Shown in pieces: positions 55,181 through 64,000 of a stretch of DNA of 64,000 nt (positions within the stretch are counted from its first letter, which is position 1; the number at the start of each line of letters is the position of its first letter). This stretch comes from an uncultured bacterium. GTDB taxonomy: Bacteria > Fermentibacterota > Fermentibacteria > Fermentibacterales > JCC-6. Location of the stretch: positions 72,175 through 136,174 of the forward strand of contig CAZSKU010000003.1 in the NCBI GenBank assembly GCA_964607515.1, given 5' to 3'. The notes below the pieces were generated by a model, which was given only the letters and a program-made list of their open reading frames with translations, made no database searches and had not been told where the DNA came from. Position numbers and translations under genes: made by a program.

Positions 55181-55723
55181 TCAGAATCCGTTTCCCCGGC
55201 CGGAGACCCGGCCCCTTCCGTCGAACCGTACGCCTTCCATCTCCAGCAGGGCCCTCTTCATGGCTCTTCCGCCCTGGTACTCGCCGGGAAAGCCGTCCGA
55301 TCTGACAGCCCGGTGGCATGGAATGATAACCGGAAACGGGTTTCCCGCCAGGGCGTTTCCCACCGCCCGGGGACCGGTGGACAACCGGCGGGCCAGTCCG
55401 CCGTAGGTGGTTGTCTTCCCCCGGGGAACTCCGTACTCCTCGAGAAGCACAGACTTCCGGAACTCTCCCAGCCCGTCCATGTCGGCCAGCTCCAGGGAAA
55501 AAGTCACCGGCTCCCCTTCAAGAAAGGCCCTCATGTTCCGGACAAGCCGGTCCACCTCCCGGCAGCTTCCCTGCGCGGCGCCCGGAAACACCGTCGACGC
55601 CGCTTCCGTTCCCGAAAGGCCGGGTCGGGAGAGGAATACTCTTACCACCCTGGGGCCGGGCCTCCATACCACCGCCACCGGGCCGAAATTCCGGTGTTCC
55701 AGGGTCTCGATGCCCGTCTTCAC
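55181..55723 (-). CDS. ogt: methylated-DNA--protein-cysteine methyltransferase
   Basis: Active-site PCHRAV and C-terminal DNA-binding domain. Confidence 0.85.
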   Translation of the reverse strand: MKTGIETLEHRNFGPVAVVWRPGPRVVRVFLSRPGLSGTEAASTVFPGAAQGSCREVDRLVRNMRAFLEGEPVTFSLELADMDGLGEFRKSVLLEEYGVPRGKTTTYGGLARRLSTGPRAVGNALAGNPFPVIIPCHRAVRSDGFPGEYQGGRAMKRALLEMEGVRFDGRGRVSGRGNGF

Positions 55724-56580
55724 CTGGCCCGTCCCATCACCAGGAAGCTTCCCGCGGCGGTGAGCACCAGCCCGGCCCAGAACGCCGGGGGCTGCCGCTC
55801 CCCCAGAAATCCGGCGGCCAGGAGTGATGCCACCGCGGGTTTGAGCATGAAAACCATGGAGGCCGCCAGGGCGCCCATCCTTCTCACCGCCCGGATGAAT
55901 GTGAGGTAGGCCAGACCGCTGACCCCAACCGAAAGGTACAGCGTCGAAATGACCGGGCCCGGCCCGGCCAGCAGGGGCGCGGGAGAGAAGGAAACCCCCG
56001 TCAGCGCCATGACCGGCGCCAGGACGGCCACCCCGGCGGTGAAGGAGACTGCGTTGACCGTGAAGGGGTCGGTGCTCCGGGATACCTTCCTTCCCAGAAC
56101 CGTGAATACAGCGAAGGCCGCCGCCGAGACCACCGCCAGGGCCGTTCCCCGGTCCACAGACAACCGGTGAAGGCCGCTCACCAGGGCCAGCCCCGCCAGC
56201 CCCGCGAGAAGCCCGGCGACCTGCCTCGGTACCGGTCTCTCCATCCCCGCCGCGGCGGAGATTCCGAAGACCAGCACCGGGTTGGCGCAGAACACCGTGG
56301 CCGCCACGCCGGCGGAGGTGAGTTTCACCGCGGTCTGCAGCAGGGTCATGGCCACGGTGATGTTCACCACCCCCATCACCGCCAGGGTGATCAGGGTGCG
56401 CCGGCTCAGGGCCCGCAGGGTGGACGGGCCCCGGCGGCGGAGCAGGATGGCCGCCAGTACCGCGGCCCCGGCAAGGAACCTCCAGAAGGTCAGGGTCACC
56501 GGCTCCACCACGGCCATCAGGGGCTTGCTGACCACCTCCATGGAGGCGAAAAAGAAAAGGGTCACAAGAAAGTCAGCCAT
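55720..56580 (-). CDS. EamA/DMT-family transporter
   Basis: Ten predicted TM helices, duplicated EamA halves. Confidence 0.75.
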   Translation of the reverse strand: MADFLVTLFFFASMEVVSKPLMAVVEPVTLTFWRFLAGAAVLAAILLRRRGPSTLRALSRRTLITLAVMGVVNITVAMTLLQTAVKLTSAGVAATVFCANPVLVFGISAAAGMERPVPRQVAGLLAGLAGLALVSGLHRLSVDRGTALAVVSAAAFAVFTVLGRKVSRSTDPFTVNAVSFTAGVAVLAPVMALTGVSFSPAPLLAGPGPVISTLYLSVGVSGLAYLTFIRAVRRMGALAASMVFMLKPAVASLLAAGFLGERQPPAFWAGLVLTAAGSFLVMGRAR

Positions 56581-57325
56581 CCCGCCTTCTTCCGAAGAGC
56601 TTCAAGGCGCCCGGAACCACCATGAGCAGCAGAACCGCGGTGAGAAAGGGGGATGATTCGGGTCCGAAGGAGCCTGTTTCAAACGCCGGCCTGAAAACCG
56701 CCGGAAAACGGTACCCGCTCACCCCGAATCCCATGGCGACCCCGATGCCGGCATTCCACAGGAAGTGGGCCGCCACCGCCCCGGCCATGCCGCCGCCGGA
56801 GGCCCGGAGGAGGCACAGTCCCAAGCCCGCCAGGAAAATGTTCACCATTCCCAGGGGGTTGGAGAAGGGGTTGTTCATGTGAACCACGGTGAACAGGACC
56901 GTGGAGAGGAGGGTTCCCAGGGCGAACCTGCCGCCCATGGAAAGGGCGTCCGCCAGGAACAGCCGGAATGCCAGTTCCTCATGGACTGCGTACAGGAGCA
57001 GCGCCGACAGGGCAACGGCCCAGCCTTGCTCGAAGGAAGGCACCGCGCCCCCACGGAGAAGCTGCGCCAGGGGTATCCACAGGGCGGCTCCCACGGCGAT
57101 AGGAGCCCACTTGAAGCCCGATGCGCTCCAGCGGTTCTCTGCCCGGGGCACCAGCAGAATTGTGAGGAGTGCTGTGGGAACCATGCTCAGGGCGGACGCC
57201 GAAGCGTCGGAAATCAGCCCTTCGCCCCAGGACAGGGCCCATCGAAGAACGAACCAGAGGGCCATGCCGGCGAACGCGAAGAGCAGCCTCGGCAGGGTTC
57301 TCCGAAGGGGCGGTTCGCCGATCAC
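56573..57325 (-). CDS. CPBP-family intramembrane metalloprotease (CAAX protease / bacteriocin-immunity-like)
   Basis: EELAFR motif 1, FxxxH motif 2 (HMNN), and HxxxN/D motif 3 (HFLWN); GTG start at 57323-57325; the ORF-track N-terminal 165 aa are wrong-frame. Confidence 0.7.
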   Translation of the reverse strand: MIGEPPLRRTLPRLLFAFAGMALWFVLRWALSWGEGLISDASASALSMVPTALLTILLVPRAENRWSASGFKWAPIAVGAALWIPLAQLLRGGAVPSFEQGWAVALSALLLYAVHEELAFRLFLADALSMGGRFALGTLLSTVLFTVVHMNNPFSNPLGMVNIFLAGLGLCLLRASGGGMAGAVAAHFLWNAGIGVAMGFGVSGYRFPAVFRPAFETGSFGPESSPFLTAVLLLMVVPGALKLFGRRRDG

Positions 57326-57336
57326 CCGGCTCCCCC

Positions 57337-59273
57337 TCAGAGAGAGGCCAGAATGTCCAGAAAGCTCTCGGAGTCCAGGCTGGCGCCGCCCACCAGGGCG
57401 CCGTCCACGTCGGGCATGGAGAGCAGGTCCGGGGCGTTCTCCGGGGTGACGCTGCCGCCGTAGACTATCCTGGTTTCCCGGGCGAAGCCGGCGCCGAAGA
57501 TGTCGCCGAGCAGTCTGCGGATCAGTCCGTGAACTTCCCGGGCCTGGTCCGGGGTGGCGTTCCTGCCGGTGCCTATGGCCCATACAGGCTCGTAGGCCAC
57601 CGCCAGGTTGTCCGGGTCCGCGTCCCTCAGATTTCCGAGGGCCGACTCGATCTGGCCCCGCACCACCTCTTCGGTCCTCCCGGCTTCCCTTTCCTCCAGA
57701 GTCTCCCCGACGCAGAGAAGCCCCTTCAGCCCGGCGGATATCCCGGCCTGCAGCTTTCCGGCCACGGTTTCCGAAGACTCTCCGAGGATGCGGCGTCGCT
57801 CGCTGTGGCCCGCCAGGAACCACCGGCAGCCGGCTTCCAGGAGCATTTCGGCGCTCACCTCGCCGGTGAAGGCGCCCTTCTTCTCCCGGAAGACGTCCTG
57901 CCCCCCCAGAAGCACGCCGGCTTCCTCAGCTGCCTCGGTCAGACCGGCAAGGAGGGTGAAGGGCGGGAATAGAACCGTTTCGGCGCCGAAGCCGACCGAG
58001 TTCCCGGTCCGCATGGCTTCTAGAAAGTCCAGGGCCCCTTCCCGGGTTCCGTTCATCTTCCAGTTGGCGCCCATCAGGGGCCTGACCCCTTCCACGGCAA
58101 TGTGCTTCAGAGCCGGCAGGTCGTTGCCCTGCAGGAGTTCCAGGCTGGCCCCGCCCCCGGTGGAGGCGTGGGTGACCCGGTCCAGAACCCCCGCCTCGGT
58201 GACCGCCCGAAGGCTGTCTCCGCCGCCCACTATGGTGACGGCTCCCCGGGAGGTTGCCTCGGCCAGCATCATCGCTGCCTCCCGGGTGGCGGCGTCGAAG
58301 GGGGGAACCTCAAAGAGGCCCATGGGTCCGTTCCAGACCACGGTGCCGCTTCTGCCGATGACTTCCCGGAAGAGGGCCACCGACCCGGGCCCGATGTCGT
58401 AACCCGCCGTGCCGTCAGGGATTGCGTCCCATGGAACGGTGACTGGTTTCTCCTCCGGGGAAGGGGCGCAGACGTAGTCCACCGGAAGCACCAGGTTCAC
58501 CCCGGCCTTTTCGGCGGCTCTCATGATCTCCCGGGCGGTCTCAACCCGGTCCTCCTCCACCAGGCTGCGGCCCGTGGAGACACCTTTCGCCCGGACGAAG
58601 GTGAAGGCCATGGCACCCCCCACCAGGAGGTTGTCGAGCCTTGGAAGGACGTGCTGGATCATGGCAACCTTGTCGCTTACCTTGGCCCCCCCCATGAGCA
58701 CCGTGAAGGGCTTCCTCGGGTGAGTCACCATCCTTCCGAAGGCTTCCAGCTCCTTCTCCACCAGAAGGCCTGCGTACCCTCCGCCCATGACCGACGGGAC
58801 TCCGGCCGTGGAGGCGTGCTCCCGGTGGCACGTTCCGAAGGCGTCGTTCACATAGATCTGGGCCAGTTCCGCCAGTTCCCTGGAGAAAACCGGGTCGTTG
58901 GCCTCCTCCCCGGGATGGAATCGGAGGTTCTCGATGAGAAGCACCTGTCCCGGGGCCAGCCCCCGGGCCATGGCCTTCACCCTGGGTCCGGAAACCCGGT
59001 CTATGAAGAGCACCTCGTAGTCTTCCAGGAGTTCCGACAGCCTTTCGGCCACCGGGGCCAGGCTGTACTTGGGCTCCGGCGCTCCCTTGGGTCTTCCGAG
59101 GTGGCTGCACAGGACCACCGGGCTCCCCTGGTCGAGAACGTACCTGAGGGTCGGCAGCGAGGCTATAAGCCTGCCGTCGTCCATAACCCGGCCCTTCTCC
59201 ACCGGGACGTTGAGGTCCGCCCGGAGGAACACGGTTCTCCCGCCGGTTCTGGTCTCCCGGATGGACGGATACC

Positions 59274-59277
<4 letters not shown>
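57337..59277 (-). CDS. pgk: fused phosphoglycerate kinase - triosephosphate isomerase
   Basis: PGK N-half (FLRADLNVP...GGGASLELL) continues without a stop into a complete TIM (GANWKMNG...AYEPVWAIGTG...YGGSV); GTG start 59275-59277 overlaps gap stop (GTGA). Confidence 0.85.
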
Positions 59278-60290
<1,013 letters not shown>

Positions 60291-60303
60291 GAGGAGACTC
60301 CCT

Positions 60304-61347
60304 TCAGTCCCTGTCGGAGAAAAGGTCCGCGAGCATGCACAGATCCTGCGGCACCGTCTTCAAAGTTCCCACCGCCTCCGCCAGGTCGGCGGTCTCCATG
60401 GAAGTGCCCCTGAGCACCACGATCTTTCCGGTTTCACCGGCTTCGGCCGTTTCCACGGCCTTAACCCCGAGCCTCGTTCCGAGAACCCGGTCGAAGGCGG
60501 TCGGAGCGCCACCCCTCTGAAGGTGGCCCAAGACCACGTGTCTTGTCTCGATGCCGGTCCTGTCCTCGATCTCGTTCTTGAGCACCTCGCCTATGCCGAT
60601 TCCGGTGCCCAGCTGCACGTGCCCGAAAGAGTCGGTCTCGGACGAGTGGTAGACATGCCTGGCCAGCTGGGGATCCATGGCCCCCTCGGCCACGGCCACC
60701 ACCGCGTACCTTCGCCCAGCCTCGAACCTCTTTCTGAGGATTTCGCAGACCTTGTCGGTATCGAACTCCCTCTCCGGGGTCAGGATCACGTGGGCGCCCC
60801 CGGCGAGGCCGCCGTACAGGGCCATCCAGCCGGCGTGCCGGCCCATTATCTCAACCACCATTATCCGTTCATGGCTCCGGGTCGTGGTCCGGAGTTCGTC
60901 AAGGGCGTCCATGACCCGGTTAATCGCCGTGTCGAACCCGAAGGTGCAGTCCGTGGCGGACAGGTCGTTGTCTATGGTCTTGGGAACCCCCACCACCATC
61001 ATTCCCATCCGGGAAAGCTTCAGGGCCACCCCGAGGGTGTCCTCGCCGCCCACCGCCACCAGGCAGTCCACCTGGGCGGCCTTCAGGTTGTCGAGGATCC
61101 GCTGGTAGCCGTCCTCCACCTTGCCGGGGTTGGTCCGGGAACTGAAGAGGACGGTGCCCCCCTGGGTGTGAATCCCCCTCACCGAGTCCCTGGTGAGGTC
61201 CACGGTGTCGTTTTCCAGGACGCCCTTCCAGCCCCTGAGGAAACCGGTGACCCGGTGTCCCCCCGCCAGGGCCCTCACCACCGCCGCCCTGATGACCGCG
61301 TTGAGCCCCGGGGCGTCGCCTCCCCCGGTGAGAATGCCTATGTGCAA
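60304..61347 (-). CDS. 6-phosphofructokinase with PPi-type signature residues
   Basis: GILTGGGDAPGLNAVIRA; GGEDT in place of GGDGS and PKTIDND in place of PGTIDND; TTG start at 61345-61347 with AGGAGG 7 nt upstream gives an N-terminus MHIGILTGGGD. Confidence 0.75.
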   Translation of the reverse strand: MHIGILTGGGDAPGLNAVIRAAVVRALAGGHRVTGFLRGWKGVLENDTVDLTRDSVRGIHTQGGTVLFSSRTNPGKVEDGYQRILDNLKAAQVDCLVAVGGEDTLGVALKLSRMGMMVVGVPKTIDNDLSATDCTFGFDTAINRVMDALDELRTTTRSHERIMVVEIMGRHAGWMALYGGLAGGAHVILTPEREFDTDKVCEILRKRFEAGRRYAVVAVAEGAMDPQLARHVYHSSETDSFGHVQLGTGIGIGEVLKNEIEDRTGIETRHVVLGHLQRGGAPTAFDRVLGTRLGVKAVETAEAGETGKIVVLRGTSMETADLAEAVGTLKTVPQDLCMLADLFSDRD

Positions 61348-61358
61348 GACGAAACCTC

Positions 61359-62141
61359 CTATCGGTACCTGTCCGGGGGCCATCCGTAACTCCGGACGGC
61401 GCCGGAAAGGACGTGAAACTCCTCCAGATTCAACGACTGGCCCCCGTCCGAGAGGGCCCGGTCGGGGTCGGGGTGAACCTCTATCATCACCCCGTCCGCT
61501 CCGGCCCCCAGGGAGGCCATGGTCAGGGGGGTTATGATGTCCCTGCGCCCGGCGGCGTGGCAGGGGTCCACTATCACGGGAAGAGAGGAGGACTGCCTGG
61601 CCAGGGGCACCGCGCTGATGTCCAGGGTGGACCTGGTCCAGGTCTCGAAGGTCCTTATGCCCCGCTCGCACAAGACCACCGCCTCGTTGCCCTCCTTGAG
61701 CACGTACTCCGCGGCCAGAAGCCACTCCTCGACGGTGGCCATGAAGCCCCTCTTCAGCAGCACCGGCTTGCCGCACCGGCCTATCTCCGTGAGGAGTATG
61801 AAATTATGCATGTTCCGAGCGCCCACCTGAATCATGTCCAGATGGTCGGCCGCCTGCTCCAGCTGGCTCACGGAAAGAACCTCTGAAACCACCGGAAGCC
61901 CGGCCTGCCGGCCGGCATCCCGGAGCATCTCCAGCCCCTCGGCGCCAAGCCCCTGAAAGGAGTACGGGGATGTCCTGGGTTTCCAGGTGCCTCCCCGGAG
62001 CATCGAGGCTCCGGAGTCCCTCACCGAAAGGGCCACCTCGAGGATCATGTCCCAGTTCTCCACCGCGCACGGGCCGGCCACCAGAACCGGGCTTTCCCCG
62101 CCGAACTCGGCTTCCCCGACCTTCACTCTTCGTACAGCCAA
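61359..62141 (-). CDS. 3-deoxy-7-phosphoheptulonate (DAHP) synthase, type I-beta (KDO8P-synthase fold)
   Basis: LVAGPCAVE...RGGTWKPRTSPYSFQGLG...DPCHAAG. Confidence 0.8.
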   Translation of the reverse strand: MAVRRVKVGEAEFGGESPVLVAGPCAVENWDMILEVALSVRDSGASMLRGGTWKPRTSPYSFQGLGAEGLEMLRDAGRQAGLPVVSEVLSVSQLEQAADHLDMIQVGARNMHNFILLTEIGRCGKPVLLKRGFMATVEEWLLAAEYVLKEGNEAVVLCERGIRTFETWTRSTLDISAVPLARQSSSLPVIVDPCHAAGRRDIITPLTMASLGAGADGVMIEVHPDPDRALSDGGQSLNLEEFHVLSGAVRSYGWPPDRYR

Positions 62142-62142
62142 A

Positions 62143-63807
62143 TCAGCCTTTCTGCAGAATTCCGTCGAGCAGACGGATTATCTCCCTGATGCCTGAGTCG
62201 GAAACCGGGCCCGGGTTGTGCCCCATGGCGTTGTTCACCTGCTCCTCCAGCCAGTTGGGGTCGAACCCCCCCCCGATCTTCTCCATGATCTCCGCTCTTG
62301 CGCAGATCAGCCTGACCAGGTCCACGTCCAGCCTCAGAAGCTCGCCCCGGTAGTCCGGTTCCACGTCGGCCTTTCCAACCCTGCTCCTGTCAAGCTTGCC
62401 GGAACTGGTTCTGGGAAGACTGTGGACGAAATGGAACTCCCTGGGGACCTTGAAGTCTTCCAGGCTGTCGGCGAGGAAGCTCCTGAGCTCCTGGGGGGAG
62501 AGGGTGTCGCCCGGCCCCTGAACCACGTAGGCTACCGGGGTTTCGCCCCTCTGGCCTCTCTCCTCGCCGGTCACGCACACGTCTCTGACCCCGGGATGCC
62601 GCAGAAGCGCCAGCTCCACCTCGGTGGGGTAGAGCTTAAGCCCGGCGGGTTTTATCATGCCGCCCCGGCGGCCTACGAAATGAAGCCTCCCCCCGGAGCG
62701 GTTGAAGATGTCGCCGCTCCTGTACCATCCATCGCGAAAAAGCTGGGCGGTGAGCACCCGGTCGCCCATGTACCGGGAGGCAAGCCCCGGGCCGCTCACC
62801 CAGAGTTCCCCCCGGCCGTCGCCCTCCAGGATGCCGTTCTCGTCCCGCAGCGACACCGAGTACCCGGAAACCGCCCGGCTGAGGCCCGGCACCCCGGGGT
62901 CGCCCACCAGAGCCACCCCGGAGGTCTCGGTGCTTCCCCAGACCGGTGTCACCGGAACCCCTGTACCCTGAAGGAAGACGTCCATGAAACGGTCGTTGAC
63001 GTGCATGCCGCCCGCCTCCACGATCCTCAGCGGGCCGATCATCGCGTCGTCCCTTCCGCACAGCCGGGCAAAGCTCTCCAGTTGCGGGGGAAGCCCCATC
63101 AGGAAGGTAACCCCCTGGGAGGAGACCGCCTCCAGGTGCTGCCGGGGGTACACCCCCGGGGTAAGCACCGTTCTGGCCCCCAGCCAGAGTCCCCGCATGA
63201 AGATCTCGTGGGGATGGCCTATCACGCCGAACAGGGACATGAGTACGTCGTCCCCGGTGAGACCCAGGGAATCGCACACCCCGGAGGTGTTCGCCATCAG
63301 CTGGGAGTGGGTGGTTGCCGCAATCTTTGGAAGGCCCGTGGAACCGCTGGTGGCGTTCAGGTAGAAGTCGGCGTCGGGGGGGACGTCAGGAAGGTCGGGC
63401 GGCTCCAGCCTCGGGTTCTCCAGGTCGTCGGGGCCGAAGACCACCGTCTTTTCGGGAATGGGGCCGGAAGGTTCCATCCCGTTCCACAGAAGCACCAGCC
63501 GGTGGCGGAACCGGCCGAACAGCCGCTCCCTCTCCTGGGGAAGCCACCCGGGGTTGAGCCCCAGGAAGGCCGCCCCGGTGGCGGATACCGCGGTGAAGGC
63601 CACCGGCAGCGCGCAGGTGCGGTTGACCATCACCCCCACCACCCAACCGGGCCCTGCACCCGCCGCGGCCAGCCTGGTGGCCAGGTGCGTGGAAGCCCTC
63701 TGCCATCCCCGGTAGTCCAGACTTCTCTCGCCGTCCACCATGGCGGTGACCGAACCCCGGGCTTCCGCCATGGCGGCGAGAAGCCGGTGTACCGTTATCT
63801 CAGTCAA
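62143..63807 (-). CDS. AMP-dependent synthetase/ligase (ANL superfamily) with C-terminal chorismate-mutase-like (AroQ) extension
   Basis: TSGSTGLPK AMP motif and ...SGKLDRSRV end, then about 70 extra residues ELLRLDVDLVRLICARAEIMEKI...GPVSDSGIREIIRLLDG; start approximate (TTG 63807 or ATG 63771). Confidence 0.6.
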   Translation of the reverse strand: MTEITVHRLLAAMAEARGSVTAMVDGERSLDYRGWQRASTHLATRLAAAGAGPGWVVGVMVNRTCALPVAFTAVSATGAAFLGLNPGWLPQERERLFGRFRHRLVLLWNGMEPSGPIPEKTVVFGPDDLENPRLEPPDLPDVPPDADFYLNATSGSTGLPKIAATTHSQLMANTSGVCDSLGLTGDDVLMSLFGVIGHPHEIFMRGLWLGARTVLTPGVYPRQHLEAVSSQGVTFLMGLPPQLESFARLCGRDDAMIGPLRIVEAGGMHVNDRFMDVFLQGTGVPVTPVWGSTETSGVALVGDPGVPGLSRAVSGYSVSLRDENGILEGDGRGELWVSGPGLASRYMGDRVLTAQLFRDGWYRSGDIFNRSGGRLHFVGRRGGMIKPAGLKLYPTEVELALLRHPGVRDVCVTGEERGQRGETPVAYVVQGPGDTLSPQELRSFLADSLEDFKVPREFHFVHSLPRTSSGKLDRSRVGKADVEPDYRGELLRLDVDLVRLICARAEIMEKIGGGFDPNWLEEQVNNAMGHNPGPVSDSGIREIIRLLDGILQKG

Positions 63808-63825
63808 TCCCCGGCAGTCTCCTAT

Positions 63826-64000
63826 TCTTCCTGCTTGGCTCCGCATTCCGGGCAGAATTTGGCGCCCGGCGCCAGGGATGCGCCGCACTTCACGCAGGGA
63901 GCGCCGCCCAGCTTCCGGCCGCAGTGGTGGCAGAACTTGGCCCCTGCGGGAATCGGCTTGCCGCACCCGGGGCAGACCTCGGCCAGAGGCTTTCCGCACT
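63826..64000 (-). CDS. partial CDS (C-terminus only): tandem zinc-ribbon domain protein
   Basis: Minus-strand reading ...CGKPLAEVCPGCGKPIPAGAKFCHHCGRKLGGAPCVKCGASLAPGAKFCPECGAKQEE-stop; gene start lies beyond the window edge. Confidence 0.5.

Overview
This is a 64-kb, high-GC (roughly two-thirds G+C by eye) bacterial chromosomal segment with no rRNA, CRISPR array, transposase, integrase or phage genes that I could recognise. Almost all coding is on the minus strand (about 60 genes versus 4 CDS plus one tRNA on plus), and many genes are chained by 4-nt ATGA/GTGA start/stop overlaps, so it reads as a series of long polycistronic units.

Content by block:
- Housekeeping genes: obg, a recJ/dinG/pgeF DNA-repair block, purH, nadE, RNase R, rarA, apt, pcm, rpsT, cysS, trpS, truA and an RluA-family pseudouridine synthase.
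- A central-metabolism block: GAPDH, a fused PGK-TIM gene, a PFK with PPi-type signature residues, and a DAHP synthase.
- Eight tRNAs (Val-CAC, Met-CAT, Leu-CAA, Pro-CGG, Pro-GGG, Cys-GCA, Gly-GCC) and a compact RNase P RNA that the ORF track cannot show.
- Three secreted or lipoproteins (a transglutaminase-like protein, an M14 carboxypeptidase, and an NHL-repeat protein with an Ig-like tail); the first two end in type-IX-secretion C-terminal sorting domains, which points to an FCB-superphylum-like lineage. This is inferred from domain recognition only.
- Signalling genes: a PAS/pseudo-receiver protein, a degenerate GGDDF-HEAT protein, tandem CNNM/CorC paralogs, and a three-gene partner-switching module (STAS antagonist, RsbW-like kinase, and a 1203-aa P-loop NTPase-HEAT-PP2C phosphatase) with no sigma factor nearby.

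The partner-switching module is the most unusual system in the window. Other points worth a second look are:
- a frameshifted LOG/TIGR00725 gene;
- two genes whose conserved N-termini lie upstream of any ATG/GTG/TTG but follow strong SD-like sequences with CTG codons;
- a Cys-rich (16 Cys) secreted mini-protein;
- a chorismate-mutase-like tail on an AMP-ligase ORF just upstream of DAHP synthase;
- an AmgK/MurU-like pair;
- a CbpA/CbpM-like J-domain/MerR pair;
- a family of GGGGCACC...GGTGCCCC hairpins beside tRNA genes.

Coordinates of gene starts are often my own re-calls from domain alignment and RBS inspection, not the raw ORF-track starts.
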